This document shows, one piece after another, positions 1 to 11,110 of a DNA stretch of 20,000 bases. Origin of the DNA: Craspedostauros australis (Eukaryota); NCBI GenBank assembly GCA_030167865.1, contig JALAGF010002605.1, forward strand, positions 55,958-75,957, written 5' to 3'. Position 1 is the first letter of the stretch. Each line of letters starts with the position of its first letter. Under the pieces are notes generated by a model. The model was not told where the DNA came from. It saw nothing but the letters and a program-made list of their open reading frames with translations, and ran no database searches. The position numbers and the translations under genes are program-made.

Positions 1-1243
1 GGACCAAGCGGACGATCAGACCAAGATATCGGCGCTCGGCTGGATCAACATGCTCATGGAAAAGCGAAAGGCAGACATGAATCAACACATCGAAGAGCTC
101 CTGCCCGTCTTGCTTCGTACTCTCTCCGATGAAAGCGATGAAGTCGTCCTGTCCAACCTGCAGGTCCTCTCCAGAATATCGCTCGCGCAGAGAGATGATT
201 CCAATGGCGCTGAGGACACCGAAGAGGCGCAGTCCCAGCTCGTGCTCAATGCCATCCTCGATCTATTCGCGCAGGACAGGACGTTGCTGGAAACCAGGGG
301 CTCCCTCATCATCCGCAAGCTCTGCGTCTTGCTCAACGCGCAAAGCGTGTACATACGGCTTGCTGATGCTCTCATCAAGTACGAAGCTAACAACGGACAA
401 CCCGCCAACGCCTCGACCTTGGAATTCGTCAGCACCATGGTCCAGACCTTGAACCTCATCCTCCTCACGGCATCCGAACTCAGCGACCTCCGATCCATCC
501 TCAGCAAGAGCTTCGTTCGAATCGACGATTTCCGTTCCAAATGGACCCATTCCTCCATCCACGCCGCCGTTGACAATCCCAAAGTGTTCGCCACGCTATT
601 CCGGTGCTGGTGCCACAACCCTGTCGCGACATTCTCCCTCTGCCTCCTCGCGCAGGCCTACGACTTGTCCTTCGCCTTGGTCAAGCGGTTTTCCGAAATG
701 GAAGAAATCTCCGTTGGGTTCTTGATGCAAATTGACAAGCTCGTGCACTTGCTGGAGAGCCCCATCTTTGTGCATCTGCGACTGCAGCTCCTCGACGTCG
801 AATCCAAGAACCATGCCCCGTTGCTCAAAAGCATTTACGGCATCCTCCTCTGCTTACCGCAAGGCGAAGCGTTTCAGTTGCTCAACAACCGCTTGACGAC
901 GGTGTGCAATCTGCGAGAGAGCTTGGGTTTGAGTCCCATGTTCTCTGCAACGGAGGAGAAAAACAACTTCAAAGGACGTCGCAGACTTCTGGGCATCGAC
1001 AAGCTGCTGTCGCGCTTCGATGAAGTCGTTACGATGCACAAAGCCTCCCGCGAGATGTCGAGGTATATACCAAAGACAGAGGGCGGCATTCATTTCAGTC
1101 CGAGCGGGACGAGCATGTCCGCGGATGCATCGATGGAGTCTAGCGAACAGCACAAGATGTCGAACGGGGCCAATGTTCGAATCCATGCATTGAGGGGTGG
1201 GGATATGTACGGCAACCCCCAAGGCATGCACAAGATCGGATAA
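1..1243 (+). CDS. VAC14: VAC14 homolog (PIKfyve/Fab1-Fig4 scaffold), 5'-truncated by the window edge
   Basis: Frame is open from position 2 (DQADDQTKISALGWINMLMEK...), so ATG 50 is internal. HEAT-type 'LLRTLSDESDEVV' and 'LLETRGSLIIRKLC', then Fig4-binding-domain motifs 'FATLFRCWCHNPVATFSLCLLAQAY' and 'QIDKLVHLLESPIFVHLRLQLL'. Stop TAA at 1241-1243. Confidence 0.93.
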   Translation, partial: DQADDQTKISALGWINMLMEKRKADMNQHIEELLPVLLRTLSDESDEVVLSNLQVLSRISLAQRDDSNGAEDTEEAQSQLVLNAILDLFAQDRTLLETRGSLIIRKLCVLLNAQSVYIRLADALIKYEANNGQPANASTLEFVSTMVQTLNLILLTASELSDLRSILSKSFVRIDDFRSKWTHSSIHAAVDNPKVFATLFRCWCHNPVATFSLCLLAQAYDLSFALVKRFSEMEEISVGFLMQIDKLVHLLESPIFVHLRLQLLDVESKNHAPLLKSIYGILLCLPQGEAFQLLNNRLTTVCNLRESLGLSPMFSATEEKNNFKGRRRLLGIDKLLSRFDEVVTMHKASREMSRYIPKTEGGIHFSPSGTSMSADASMESSEQHKMSNGANVRIHALRGGDMYGNPQGMHKIG

Positions 1244-1641
1244 GGATGCACGATAGCTCATAGAGATAGCATTGAAGCGACAACTATTCTCGTGTGCGCA
1301 AGCAGCCTTCCTGTTGTTGCTGCTCCAGTTCGTGGCAGCACTCAGCGTAACCGTTGCCCAGAACAGTCCCTCGACTTTTCTTCAATTGGGACACATCTCT
1401 ATGTTCTCACACGACTGCATAGCAGCCGCACTGAGCAACAATCCAGACATACAGTCGCAATACATACCGTGCTCTATTGGACTTCACAGCGAAATGCATT
1501 GTCGTACTACTAATCAACTTGTCCTGTATACCAGTGCTCGCCGCCGTATGTGTGTTCGCATGGTACCATCCGAGCATACACTATCCCCCAAGCCCGTGTC
1601 GTGGTGCTCTCTACTCCACAACAGAGAGTGCTCGACCAAGT

Positions 1642-4600
1642 CTAAGCCAAAGCATTCTCCTTCCCCAACCGATTACTTCGCGATTGCCGTTTGCGCGATG
1701 CATTCGTGGCAGCTCGCTTGCTGGATTTTGCATTCGAGTCGGATTCATCCAACGCTCCTCGTGTCCGGACGCTTGATCCAACACCGATGGTGCGCGTGAC
1801 CGTCGACACTCCGTCGATGAACTTGGTTCTGAAAATGACGTTGGCATTGTTGAACATTCCCTCCTTCAGCGAGACCACGATGAACTGACTGTGCGAGAAA
1901 TGAGTCTTCAGCATATTCCCGATATTCTGGGTGTGGCTGAGGTCCAACGCTGCGTCGACCTCATCAAGGATGTACATCGGCGCAGGCTTGAAGAGCAGAA
2001 GGGACAGGATGAGGGACAGGGCCAGCAGTGATCGTTGGCCTCCGCTGAGCTCGCTCAAGCTCTCTTTCCAAACATCTCCGAATGCCACCTTGACCTCAAG
2101 CCCTTGCCACGCCTCCAGACCCTCCGGTGGCTCGAGCTTCGCCAGTGCGCCAGGGAGCAACGTGGAGAAGATCGATCCAAAGTCTTTGTTCACCTTCACC
2201 CACGTGCGCTGGAGTTCTGACTTCTTCTTGACGTCAAGTTCTTCGATCACGCTTTGGATCTTCTTCTTATCATTTTCGACCACCTTCCGCTTTCGCAGCA
2301 ATTCCGTGTATTCGCCCTCCGCCTTCTCGATCATTCCCATCACCTTCTTGTTGATCTTCTGGGACTGCAGAAGACGAGATGGCGTTCAAGACATAGTTGT
2401 ATCAAGGTGTGTTGATATGAGATGAGATGGGATGAAACGGAACAGAACGGCATACACATGTGAGCTTCTCCGTGAGCTGTCACGGGCAGAGGAGTGCATC
2501 TGACAAACGAGTATCCCCGCAATCTGCCAAGAAGCAGATGACCCCAATCGCCGAAACAACAACTTACCAAAGCATCTTGCTCCTCCTTCAGCTTGTTCAA
2601 GTGTCTACTCATTTGATCCGGGTTGGATGCCTCGAAGTCGTAGTCGCCACCTGCAAGTCCAAATGCGCCCTTCTCGCTTTCGATCCAGGTATGCTTGTTC
2701 ATCAAGCTAGCAACTGCGCGCTCGGCGTTGGAACGGTCCCTCTGGATTCTCTGAATGGCGATGTGCAACTTCTTGGCCTCCAGCTTGGTCTCATCCACTT
2801 GTTCTTCGAGTTTGGACTTCTGGTGTTTCAATTCACCCAACTCAGCGGAGAATTTCGCAAGCCTTTCCTCCAGCTTATCCAGCGCGAGCTTGGTATCGTC
2901 GTAGTTGGCTTTCACCGTGCCGACTTCGATTTGTCTTTCAGATTCAGTCACATTTGCTTCCTCCAGCTCCTTCTTTGCTTCGGCACAGGCATCGACGGCA
3001 GCCTGCAATTCTTGCTTCAAGTTGTCAAGCTCCAGCGACTGCGTTTGAGATCGGGACTCGGCCTGATCGTACAGATTGCAGGGGCAGGGGTAGGGGCAGG
3101 GGTAGGACGACGGTTGAATGACAACATTTGAAGAAGCAGAAGAAGAAGAAGGCACAGCAAGATGGAGATCATGTTTGTGAGGACAAACGTGATGAATGTG
3201 AGATAAGAGTAAGCATCGAAGAGAGTTGGCTCGTTTGTGCATAGCGCAGTACAGATTAGAGGTATGGTCCAGCGGATGTAAATGAATCAAGAACAGATGA
3301 ATTCAAATCATCCCACCACATGCAGATACGAGCACAGTCTTACCTCTCGCGCGAGCTTGGACTTCTCTGCAACAAGCCTTTTCGCCTTCCGCACGTCCTC
3401 CTCGATCTTGCCAAGGCGCTCCTCGCGCTTCTGAGTCAACTCGACTTCGCGGTCCTTGAGTTCGTGGTACAGATCCCACTTTTGCGTTTTGGTTGCCAAC
3501 ATCTCTTCGTGTTCGGCGGTCGCCTCTTCGAGCTCCATCTTCATAGCATCGAGCTTCTCGACAAGGACTCCGTACGTGGTCTGGGAGATCTGCTTTTGGA
3601 TACTTTGGAGCTCGGCACTCGCGATTTCCAGCTGCATCTTCGTCTGCTCGAACTGTCTGGCCTTGTCCTTCAGTGTTCGCAGCTCTGCGTCCACGATGTT
3701 CCGTCTGCTGATCTTGGATTTGAGTTCCTCCGAAGCCACGGCAAGATCCGAGAGTCTGGAGAGGATAGTCCCAAGGTTGTTCTTGGAACCTCCTGAAATG
3801 GTGCCGGAGGGGTCGTACACGTCTCCCTCCAACGTCACCGTTCGTGTTCTAGTGGCATCGCAAATGCGGTTGGCAGCCTTGGCATTATCCACAACGATGG
3901 ATCCTCCGAAGACGTATTCCATCGCGTTGCGGACCTCTTCATCGAAACCCACCAGCTCGATGGCAGGGAAGGCAGACGCATGCATGGATCTGGCCATGTC
4001 GGCCGCCTGCTGGCATTTCGCGAAGGTCACCCGACGGGATTGGATCTTGTCAAGGGGAATGATGGTCACACGGCGCTGGAGGTTGCCACGGCTCAGCAGA
4101 GCCTTGCCCGTGATGGCCTCGTCCACCACGACCTGATACAGCTTGCCACCCGCCACGACTTCTAACGCTGTTGCATGCTTGGAGGCCTTGACGTGGATGA
4201 GCTTGGCAATGAGACCCTTCACCTTGCTCCTGTCGAAACCCCGAACTGGGTCTGCGTATCGGAACGCGAGACGACTCTCAAGCTGTGCCTGCAATGTCTC
4301 CGTTCTATCCGATAGTTCTGAGATTGTGGCATTCAAAGAGTCCTGCTCGGTCTGCAGGCATTGAAAAGCCTGTTCGTCAAACGACATGCTCGAAATGGCA
4401 CTTTCCAGCGTGCAAACCTTTTGCTGCGCGGCCTCGAGTTTGCTTTCAAGCTTTTGCGCTGATTTGTGCTCCTTCGCTGCCTCCTTCTCCACAGTCTGAC
4501 AAGTCGCATATCACGATCACGGTTGGAGTACGCAAAACGACGTATCGGACGTTTCGACATTGATGAGATGATGACGAAAGAGGGTGAGCAAAGACAAAAT

Positions 4601-6299
4601 CGTATCATCAAAGCAGGTCGGGCTGGAATGTAAGGAAATCAGCCGTGCAACGACACAGTCACACAGCGGAACAAAGAGAGAATTGGTCATGCCCAGGCGT
4701 ACCTGAATCTGCTTCTTCAGGTGCTTCATCTGCATCGAAGCCTGCGTGGCCTTCGATTCTGCAGATTTTGAATCGATGTGGGCCTGCGTGATCTGATCAG
4801 GCAACGTCATGCCTTCGTCGCCCTGAGATGAGGAAAGTCCGGCGGACATGCTCTGAAAATCGGAAGTCAACCGGACGAGTTCCTTGTCCGCGTGTGCGGC
4901 TCCGGCTCTGGCTTCGTCGATCATGGCGGATTCGTTGTCAATCTCCTTCTGCTTTTCTTCGCATGCAGCCTTGGCTTCCTCCGTTGCCTTCTCCGCTGCG
5001 GAGAGCTCGTCTTCCACCTTCTGAACCTTCTGCTTGCTGAGTTCCCACATCGATGTCGCCTTCACCAATTTCTTCGACTGCTTGTCTTCCTCCTTTCGCA
5101 TGACAGCAAGTTCGGCGCTCGATTCCTCCTTTAGTTGGCTGGATAGTTTGTGGATTTGATCACCCTTTTGCTTCACCTTCTCGTTGTAGTCCTCGATGGT
5201 GGCTTCGTGTTCGGCAACCTTGCCTTCTATCTCCGAAACATCTTCCAAATTCGTTTCAAGCGCTCTGGTGGCCTTCACGAAATCGCTTGCTACCACGAAT
5301 CGCTCGATCCGTTCCATATCCGCGTTGTTCTTGGACCACTTGAGGTAATTCTGCTTCTCTCCCCGCAGTCGTTCCAAGGTGGGAGTGATTTCTTCGCTAA
5401 GGACGCCATTCAGCTCATCGAGCTTGGCCTGCTTCTTGTCGATGGTTCGGATTGCAATGGATCGCTTGGTCTCGTACATTCTGGTCCCTGCGGCTTCCTC
5501 CACCATCCCAAGGATCTCATGCGGCTTCATGTTGAGCACCTTGGTGATGCGTCCTTGCATGATAAGGAAGTGGGGGTTGTTGACATTGAGCTGGACGGAA
5601 TGGAAGAGGTTCTGCACTTGGCTAGCGGGCGAGTTGCGACCGTTGATCAAGTACTTGCTCTTTCCACCCAGCAGTACCTGTCGGGTGACTGTGACCTCCT
5701 TGTGCTGCTCGTATCCCACGGGGCTGTTGGATTCATCTTGGTTGTTGAAGACGACCGTCACGCTCGCCTTGTTCACACCGGCCTGGCCCTGCTTGTAAAC
5801 GAGCTCCGATAGATTCCCTGCCCGTACCTGGCTCAAGTTTGTGATGCCAAGGACGAAGCAGATAGAGTCCAAGATGTTGGACTTGCCTGACCCATTCAAG
5901 CCGGTGATGGCATTGAAATGCGGATCGAACCTGAATTTGATGAAGGCGGAGAATGTAGAGTGGGTCGACGTTGTGGTTTTTGGATCGATTGGTGGACGAA
6001 TGCGGTTGCGAAGTATGCAGGGGTAGCGAACGATAGAAATGGGGTGAGTTGGCTTGCATATTGGTTGGTTGGTTGACCACCACCACTATCGCGATGGCGT
6101 ACTCGCAGACAGCAGTATAAGTGCTGATTTCGATGGAGCGGTTCTGCTCCAAATACCCGATACAACGGACACCCGGCCATTGAGGTGTCACAAGCATCAA
6201 GCAGATCGACGAAGCGCATTGGAAATCCACTCACCCTTCCACCACTGTACGATTTGCGTACGATTTGAAGCCGTCAATGACGATCTCGTGAATGTGCAT
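1642..6299 (-). CDS. SMC2: Structural maintenance of chromosomes protein 2 (condensin subunit), 5 exons, about 1220 aa
   Basis: Exons 6299-6235, 5930-4703, 4495-3344, 3062-2568, 2364-1642. GT..AG introns of 304, 207, 281 and 203 nt keep the frame (1221 codons including stop). N-terminus [14 protein letters not shown], Walker [12 protein letters not shown]2-typical [17 protein letters not shown], hinge '[17 protein letters not shown]', signature LSGGQRS, Walker [12 protein letters not shown]. Confidence 0.96.
3081..3102 (+). repeat. (GGGGYA)n hexamer repeat, potential G-quadruplex, in SMC2 intron 3
   Basis: GGGG-CA-GGGG-TA-GGGG-CA-GGGG read directly. Confidence 0.6.
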
Positions 6300-7236
6300 G
6301 GTGCCTGCGGCTTGTTGCCTGCTTATTTCCTCTCTTCGCGCTCCCCAATGGATGGATGCGGTATCGAAAGGTTGCGATCAGCGCAACCAACGATCAACGA
6401 AAGTTGTGATCAATGATGATGGAGCACCTCGCGGTTGTTGAATGTGTCAGTGTCTTGAAGAGGTGTCGTGTGGTGCGACGTGGTGTGGTGTGGTGTTATT
6501 GCTGATGATCGTGTGCTCTGTGTTGTATGGAACTTGTTGCCAATTGTACGAATGTGATTGTTTTGGCACGAGTGTGATTATGGATGTGAGGGTGAGGTCG
6601 AGGGCAAGAGAGTATGGTCAGGATGTGTCTTCTTCGTCTTCATCTTGTTTCCACAACCGCATGTCCTCGCACGAGTGCTCTTGTTCGCATCGTCCAGGCG
6701 ACAGTTGCGTGGGATGTTGTGGCGGGAGAGGTGGCTTTGCTTCTGTCACATTTTTGGTGCATGTTTTTGACACATGGCCGAACCTCACAATTTGAATTCC
6801 ATTCACGCGCACCGGCCGACCATTCATGACTAACACACATGTGTTTCGACATTTGAAAATGATCGCAGTAGTCGCATTGATCAATTTCTCGGTTTTAATC
6901 GATGTAATCAAAGTACATCGACGGTTTGACACAAACACGACTCATGGCAGAGAAACGGAACAACATCTCACTTTTTGGCCGTTTTTTTCGTGATGGGTGA
7001 TCCCTTGTTGATTTTGGATCGAAGTGGTGCGATACGACGTTGTGTCTGCATTCCATGCGATGACGACGCGGCGGACACGCCACAATGCACATCATGGCAT
7101 CTGACTCGATGCGCTGCGGCATTCTGTTGGCGGATGCGCATCTCTTCCCCAAAATTGAGCAATACTTCTTTCCATCGTCACATAAAGTCGTTCATCGCAG
7201 GAAGTCAACAAAAGACAACAAACGAGAAACCAGGCG

Positions 7237-7260
7237 CGAAACGAAACGAAACGAAACGAA
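7237..7260 (+). repeat. (CGAAA)n microsatellite, about 5 units, just upstream of the protease start
   Basis: cgaaacgaaacgaaacgaaacgaa read directly. Confidence 0.8.
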
Positions 7261-7293
7261 GCCAAGCGACGCGTCCGTGTCCACTGAACGACG

Positions 7294-10200
7294 ATGAAGA
7301 TTCTGTGAGTTACTATTGTTCTTGTTGTTCTTGTTGTCGTGCTGTGCATGGTGTCACCGTGATAGATGAGGCGGCCATGGAAGGAGGACGAGAGCTTCCT
7401 CAATCTGGGTGTGCTGCGATCACTGTTTCGATCCATCATCATTGCCCAATCCAATCCGTTGACCAACTGATCCATCGGCCAAGAAATCGATCGATTGCTT
7501 ACACTTGCGTCTGCTGCTGTCGTCGTTGACTTTGTTGTTGCTGATACATAATACTTCGCTCCATCCTATTTCGCTACGTACATCCCAGTCTTCTGTGTGC
7601 CGTAATGGTCGCCATGCTGGTGGAGATCCGATCGCTTTCGCCAGGCATGGCCTACCCGCACTACTTCTACCTACGACAACAGGATGGAAACATGACCCCT
7701 ATCTTGGCTCTACATGGTGGGTCCGACGTGCACTTCATGGTGGACACTGACGGATATACCATCGCCCAAGATGACAACGTAAACTCCGTGTACGCCATCA
7801 CCAACCAAGCCGCCTCAGATATCGTCGAGTCGGATCTCATGGTTGGACGTGACGATCCACTTCTCAACCCAGAGCTGCTGCTTCTGCGGGAGAATGCCCC
7901 TACTTCTTATTCTGCTGGTGTTGCTGCTGTCTCCGCGGACACGGGCATTGCGAACATGACTCGCCCGATGGGCGTCAACGCCAACTCTCGTCACAATGGA
8001 CGTTCCCACCCTCATCGCCGCCAGCGACAGCAGTCGCAAGTACCTCCGCTGCTCAAGAATCTCGTCATCCTCGTCCGTTTCGCAGATCACAAAGATCAGG
8101 CGCGTCGTCTTCCTTCACCAAGTGCTGTTGACATTCTATTCAACAAGAACGGCAGCACATCTCGCTACGCTCCTACCGGCAGCGTGCGAGATGTCTTTGC
8201 GACCAATTCGTATGGAAGTTTCGCGCTCAAATCCACGATTTACGGCTGGATCGATTTGGCAGAAACGGAGGCCTACTACGCTGGAGGGTCGAGCGGGTTG
8301 AACTCGGACAAGTTCGTTGAGGTCCTCCACGAAGCCGTGCGGTCTGTGCAACAAATCCCCACCTTCAAGCTTGAGGAATTCGACGCTGATGGCGATGGGT
8401 TTGTGGACGTGGTCACCGTGCTCCATTCTGGTTACGCTGCTGAATTCCCAGGCAACGACGCTTCTGGCGCCCCACCCTCTCGTCGCATCTGGTCGCACCA
8501 TACGCCTTTGAGCACGAGCTACCAGTGGCGAAGCAACAGCACTGTATCCGGCCAACCAGTCGTCGTCGACCAGTTCGCAACGGTTTCTGCTCTTTGGGGC
8601 TTGTCCGGCAGCATCATTGGTCGGATCGGCATGATCGCTCATGAGATTGGTCATTGCTTGGGATTGCCGGACATGTACGGCACGCCAGTCGGCAATGGCA
8701 TTGGCGCATTCGATTTCATGTCTAGTAGTTGGGGATTCGGCCCGCACGCCTTCTACCAGCTCTATCCCCCCAGTCTGTCGGCGTGGTCTAAGTTCCAATT
8801 GGGGTGGATCACGCCAACTCTCATTTCCAGCTCTGGGCTCTACACCCTTGTGGCATCCGCAGAAAGCAACGAGGCGTACCAAATCAACCTCAACGATGAT
8901 TGCACCGAGTTCTTGCTCATCGAAAATCGGCAACCAATTGGGTTCGACAAGTACATCCCGCATGGCGGACTGGCCATTTGGCACATCGACAATTTCGCAT
9001 CGAACATCGAAGGCTATCCAGGCCAGGCCGAATGGCCAGAGAATGGAAATCAGTACAAGATCGCCCTCCTCCAGGCGGACGGCAAATACAACCTTGAACG
9101 AGGTGACAACTTCGGTGATGCCACCGATCTCTTCCACGCAGCAGGAACTGACAATCTGCAGCCTCGTACATCCTTGTCGGATGGCCCGTACCCCAGTACC
9201 AGCGCGCATGAAGGCAACGCCGCATCCGCGCTGGATATGAGCATCTCTATCAGCGATATCAGCCCATCTGGCACAACGATGACCTTCCGCGTGGAGATGC
9301 GATCAGACGAGTCGTCTCAACCACCCAGCCAGATTCCGACCACTGGCCCGAGCATCTCGCCAAGTGGTGTCCCAACGCAAGGACCCACGCTGTCTCCAAC
9401 ACCATCGCCGACACGATCGCCCACCCCAAGTCCCACAGAATGGCAGACCACCAATCTTCCATCCACACGACCTTCGGCCGTGCCAACAATCCTCCCGACG
9501 TTGACACCGTCGATGATGCTGTCTGCAAGACAGATCACAGCTACGAGATATCTCGGAACGCACTTCGGAGGTGGCAATGGAGCGTTCGGAAACATGTTCG
9601 ATGTGATGGCTCGCACCGAAGTGAAGATCACAGGCATCCAGGTGCACACCAGTGCAATCGGGTCCGTCCAGTTGGAAGTATGGATCAAAGATGGATCTCA
9701 TGTTCTGCACGACCGCAATCCGTCTGCATGGCGCCGGATAGACGCTCAAGTGATCGATGGTAAAGGCAGAAATCGCGCTACGGCTGTGGACGTGCAGCCC
9801 ATCACGCTGGAGGCGGATTCATTGACGGCATTTTACATCACCACGGTTGAGCAGGCAGGCCTTCGGTACACGAATGGCGGTGGCATCGGTTTGGTCGCTG
9901 CCTCGAATCCGGATCTCACCATCTATGAAGGTGTTGGTAAGCGTGGGCCGTTTGGATATTCGTTCCCGTCTCGTGTCTGGAATGGCGTCTTCCAGTACGA
10001 AGTGATGGCGAAACAGGATGGGAATGGAGATGATGGAATGGGAACCGCCGGCAAGACTTCTCGTAGCACGGGTATGCATGCCATCACCACGACATTCGCC
10101 GGAGGGACGGGTCAGGATGGAAACATGTTCGATGTGATGGCATCCGATGATATCACGATCGTCGCATTCGATGTTCATCTGGTGTCCACGAACAATGTTG

Positions 10201-10556
10201 TGACCGTCGAAGTGATGACGAAGGCTGGTGGATTTTCGGGCCATGAGGAGAACTGCGACGCTTGGGATCTGGTGTCCAGCACGAACGTGACCGCGGCAGG
10301 GTTCGGTGAGCGAACCTTTGTCAATTTGGATGGAGCGCGGCACATCATCCTCCGCACTAACCAGACGGTTGGGTTTTACGTCACGGTTCGTCACGGTGCG
10401 TTGATGCAGTACACCCCCCAGCGTGCCTTGAACACAACGACGATCGACGACGATCATGTATCCATTCGACCAGGTGTCGGAAAGTCGTATCCTTGCGGTG
10501 CGACATTCAACGATCGCGTTTGGAATGGTGGAATTCATTACGTCGTAAATGAATGA
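7294..10556 (+). CDS. Secreted M6-family (immune inhibitor A-like) zinc metalloprotease with P/S/T linker and two tandem C-terminal domains, about 992 aa
   Basis: Exon 1 7294-7304 (ATGAAGATTCT), intron 7305-7588 (GTGAGT..CCCAG), exon 2 7589-10556 give the signal peptide MKILLLCAVMVAMLVEIRS. M6 hallmarks: LVILVRFADH, GSVRDVFATNSYG, FDADGDGFVD, IWSHH, zinc motif HEIGHCLGLPD (8640-8672), Met-turn FDFMS, SAWSKFQLGW, FLLIENRQ, GGLAIWHID. Confidence 0.88.
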
Positions 10557-11110
10557 GTGTTCGTAATAGTATAGCCCTTGACGTGAATACAGGTCGCGGT
10601 GATGTGCATCTTGAGTGTTCCGATGGATTGTGGAGTACCCGTGATAGAGATCCGAAGCGCCCATGGGACGCATGCCTCGGCGATCCCTCTGATGCTGCAA
10701 GCAATCCTGAACTTGGACGCCCAGTGCAAGCATGCTTGAACCAGAGCATCGGCAACGGAACGAAACATTGGGTCTCTCTCTCCCTCCCTTGTCTGCTCTG
10801 CTCTACATTTTCCACATGTTTGGAAAACTAGAGAGGACCTCGTTGCACGACGTTGAACACAGTCCTTCCTAGAGAGTAGTATGTATCGTAGAGTGCGGCA
10901 CGGTACGAGTATGGCAGAGCATCCATGTTCTTGAGCGCAGGCTCGATCTTCTCTCTCTCTCTCATTTTCTGTGGAGCTTTATGCTTCCGCCGGAGTCTGT
11001 GTTGATGTTGCTCCTGTCGTCACTTCTGCGTGTACTCGTATTGTGCTAGTATTATAGGATGATATTGTGCTCACACCCTACGGACAGCACATACCAGGAT
11101 AATGCCACGA

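Noticed and set aside
1272-1799. 175-aa plus-strand ORF with a signal-like start
   Set aside because: TTG start, overlaps the SMC2 3' end and the convergent 3' UTR region, no recognisable domain.
1642-5899. Four separate SMC ORFs as a fragmented pseudogene
   Set aside because: All breaks are frame-preserving GT-AG introns.
6300-7293. Short ORFs and cell-cycle-like motifs (TTTGAA, AACGG) between SMC2 and the protease
   Set aside because: ORFs lack coding character, and the 5-6-mers are too short to distinguish from chance.
7294-7362. MKIL*VTIVLVVLVVVLC as a stop-readthrough or pseudogenised signal peptide
   Set aside because: The TGA lies within a consensus GTGAGT donor, and splicing gives a clean in-frame signal peptide.
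8136-9209. 357-aa minus-strand ORF (and 9819-10733)
   Set aside because: Antisense shadow of the M6 protease with no motifs; explained by codon bias of the real gene.
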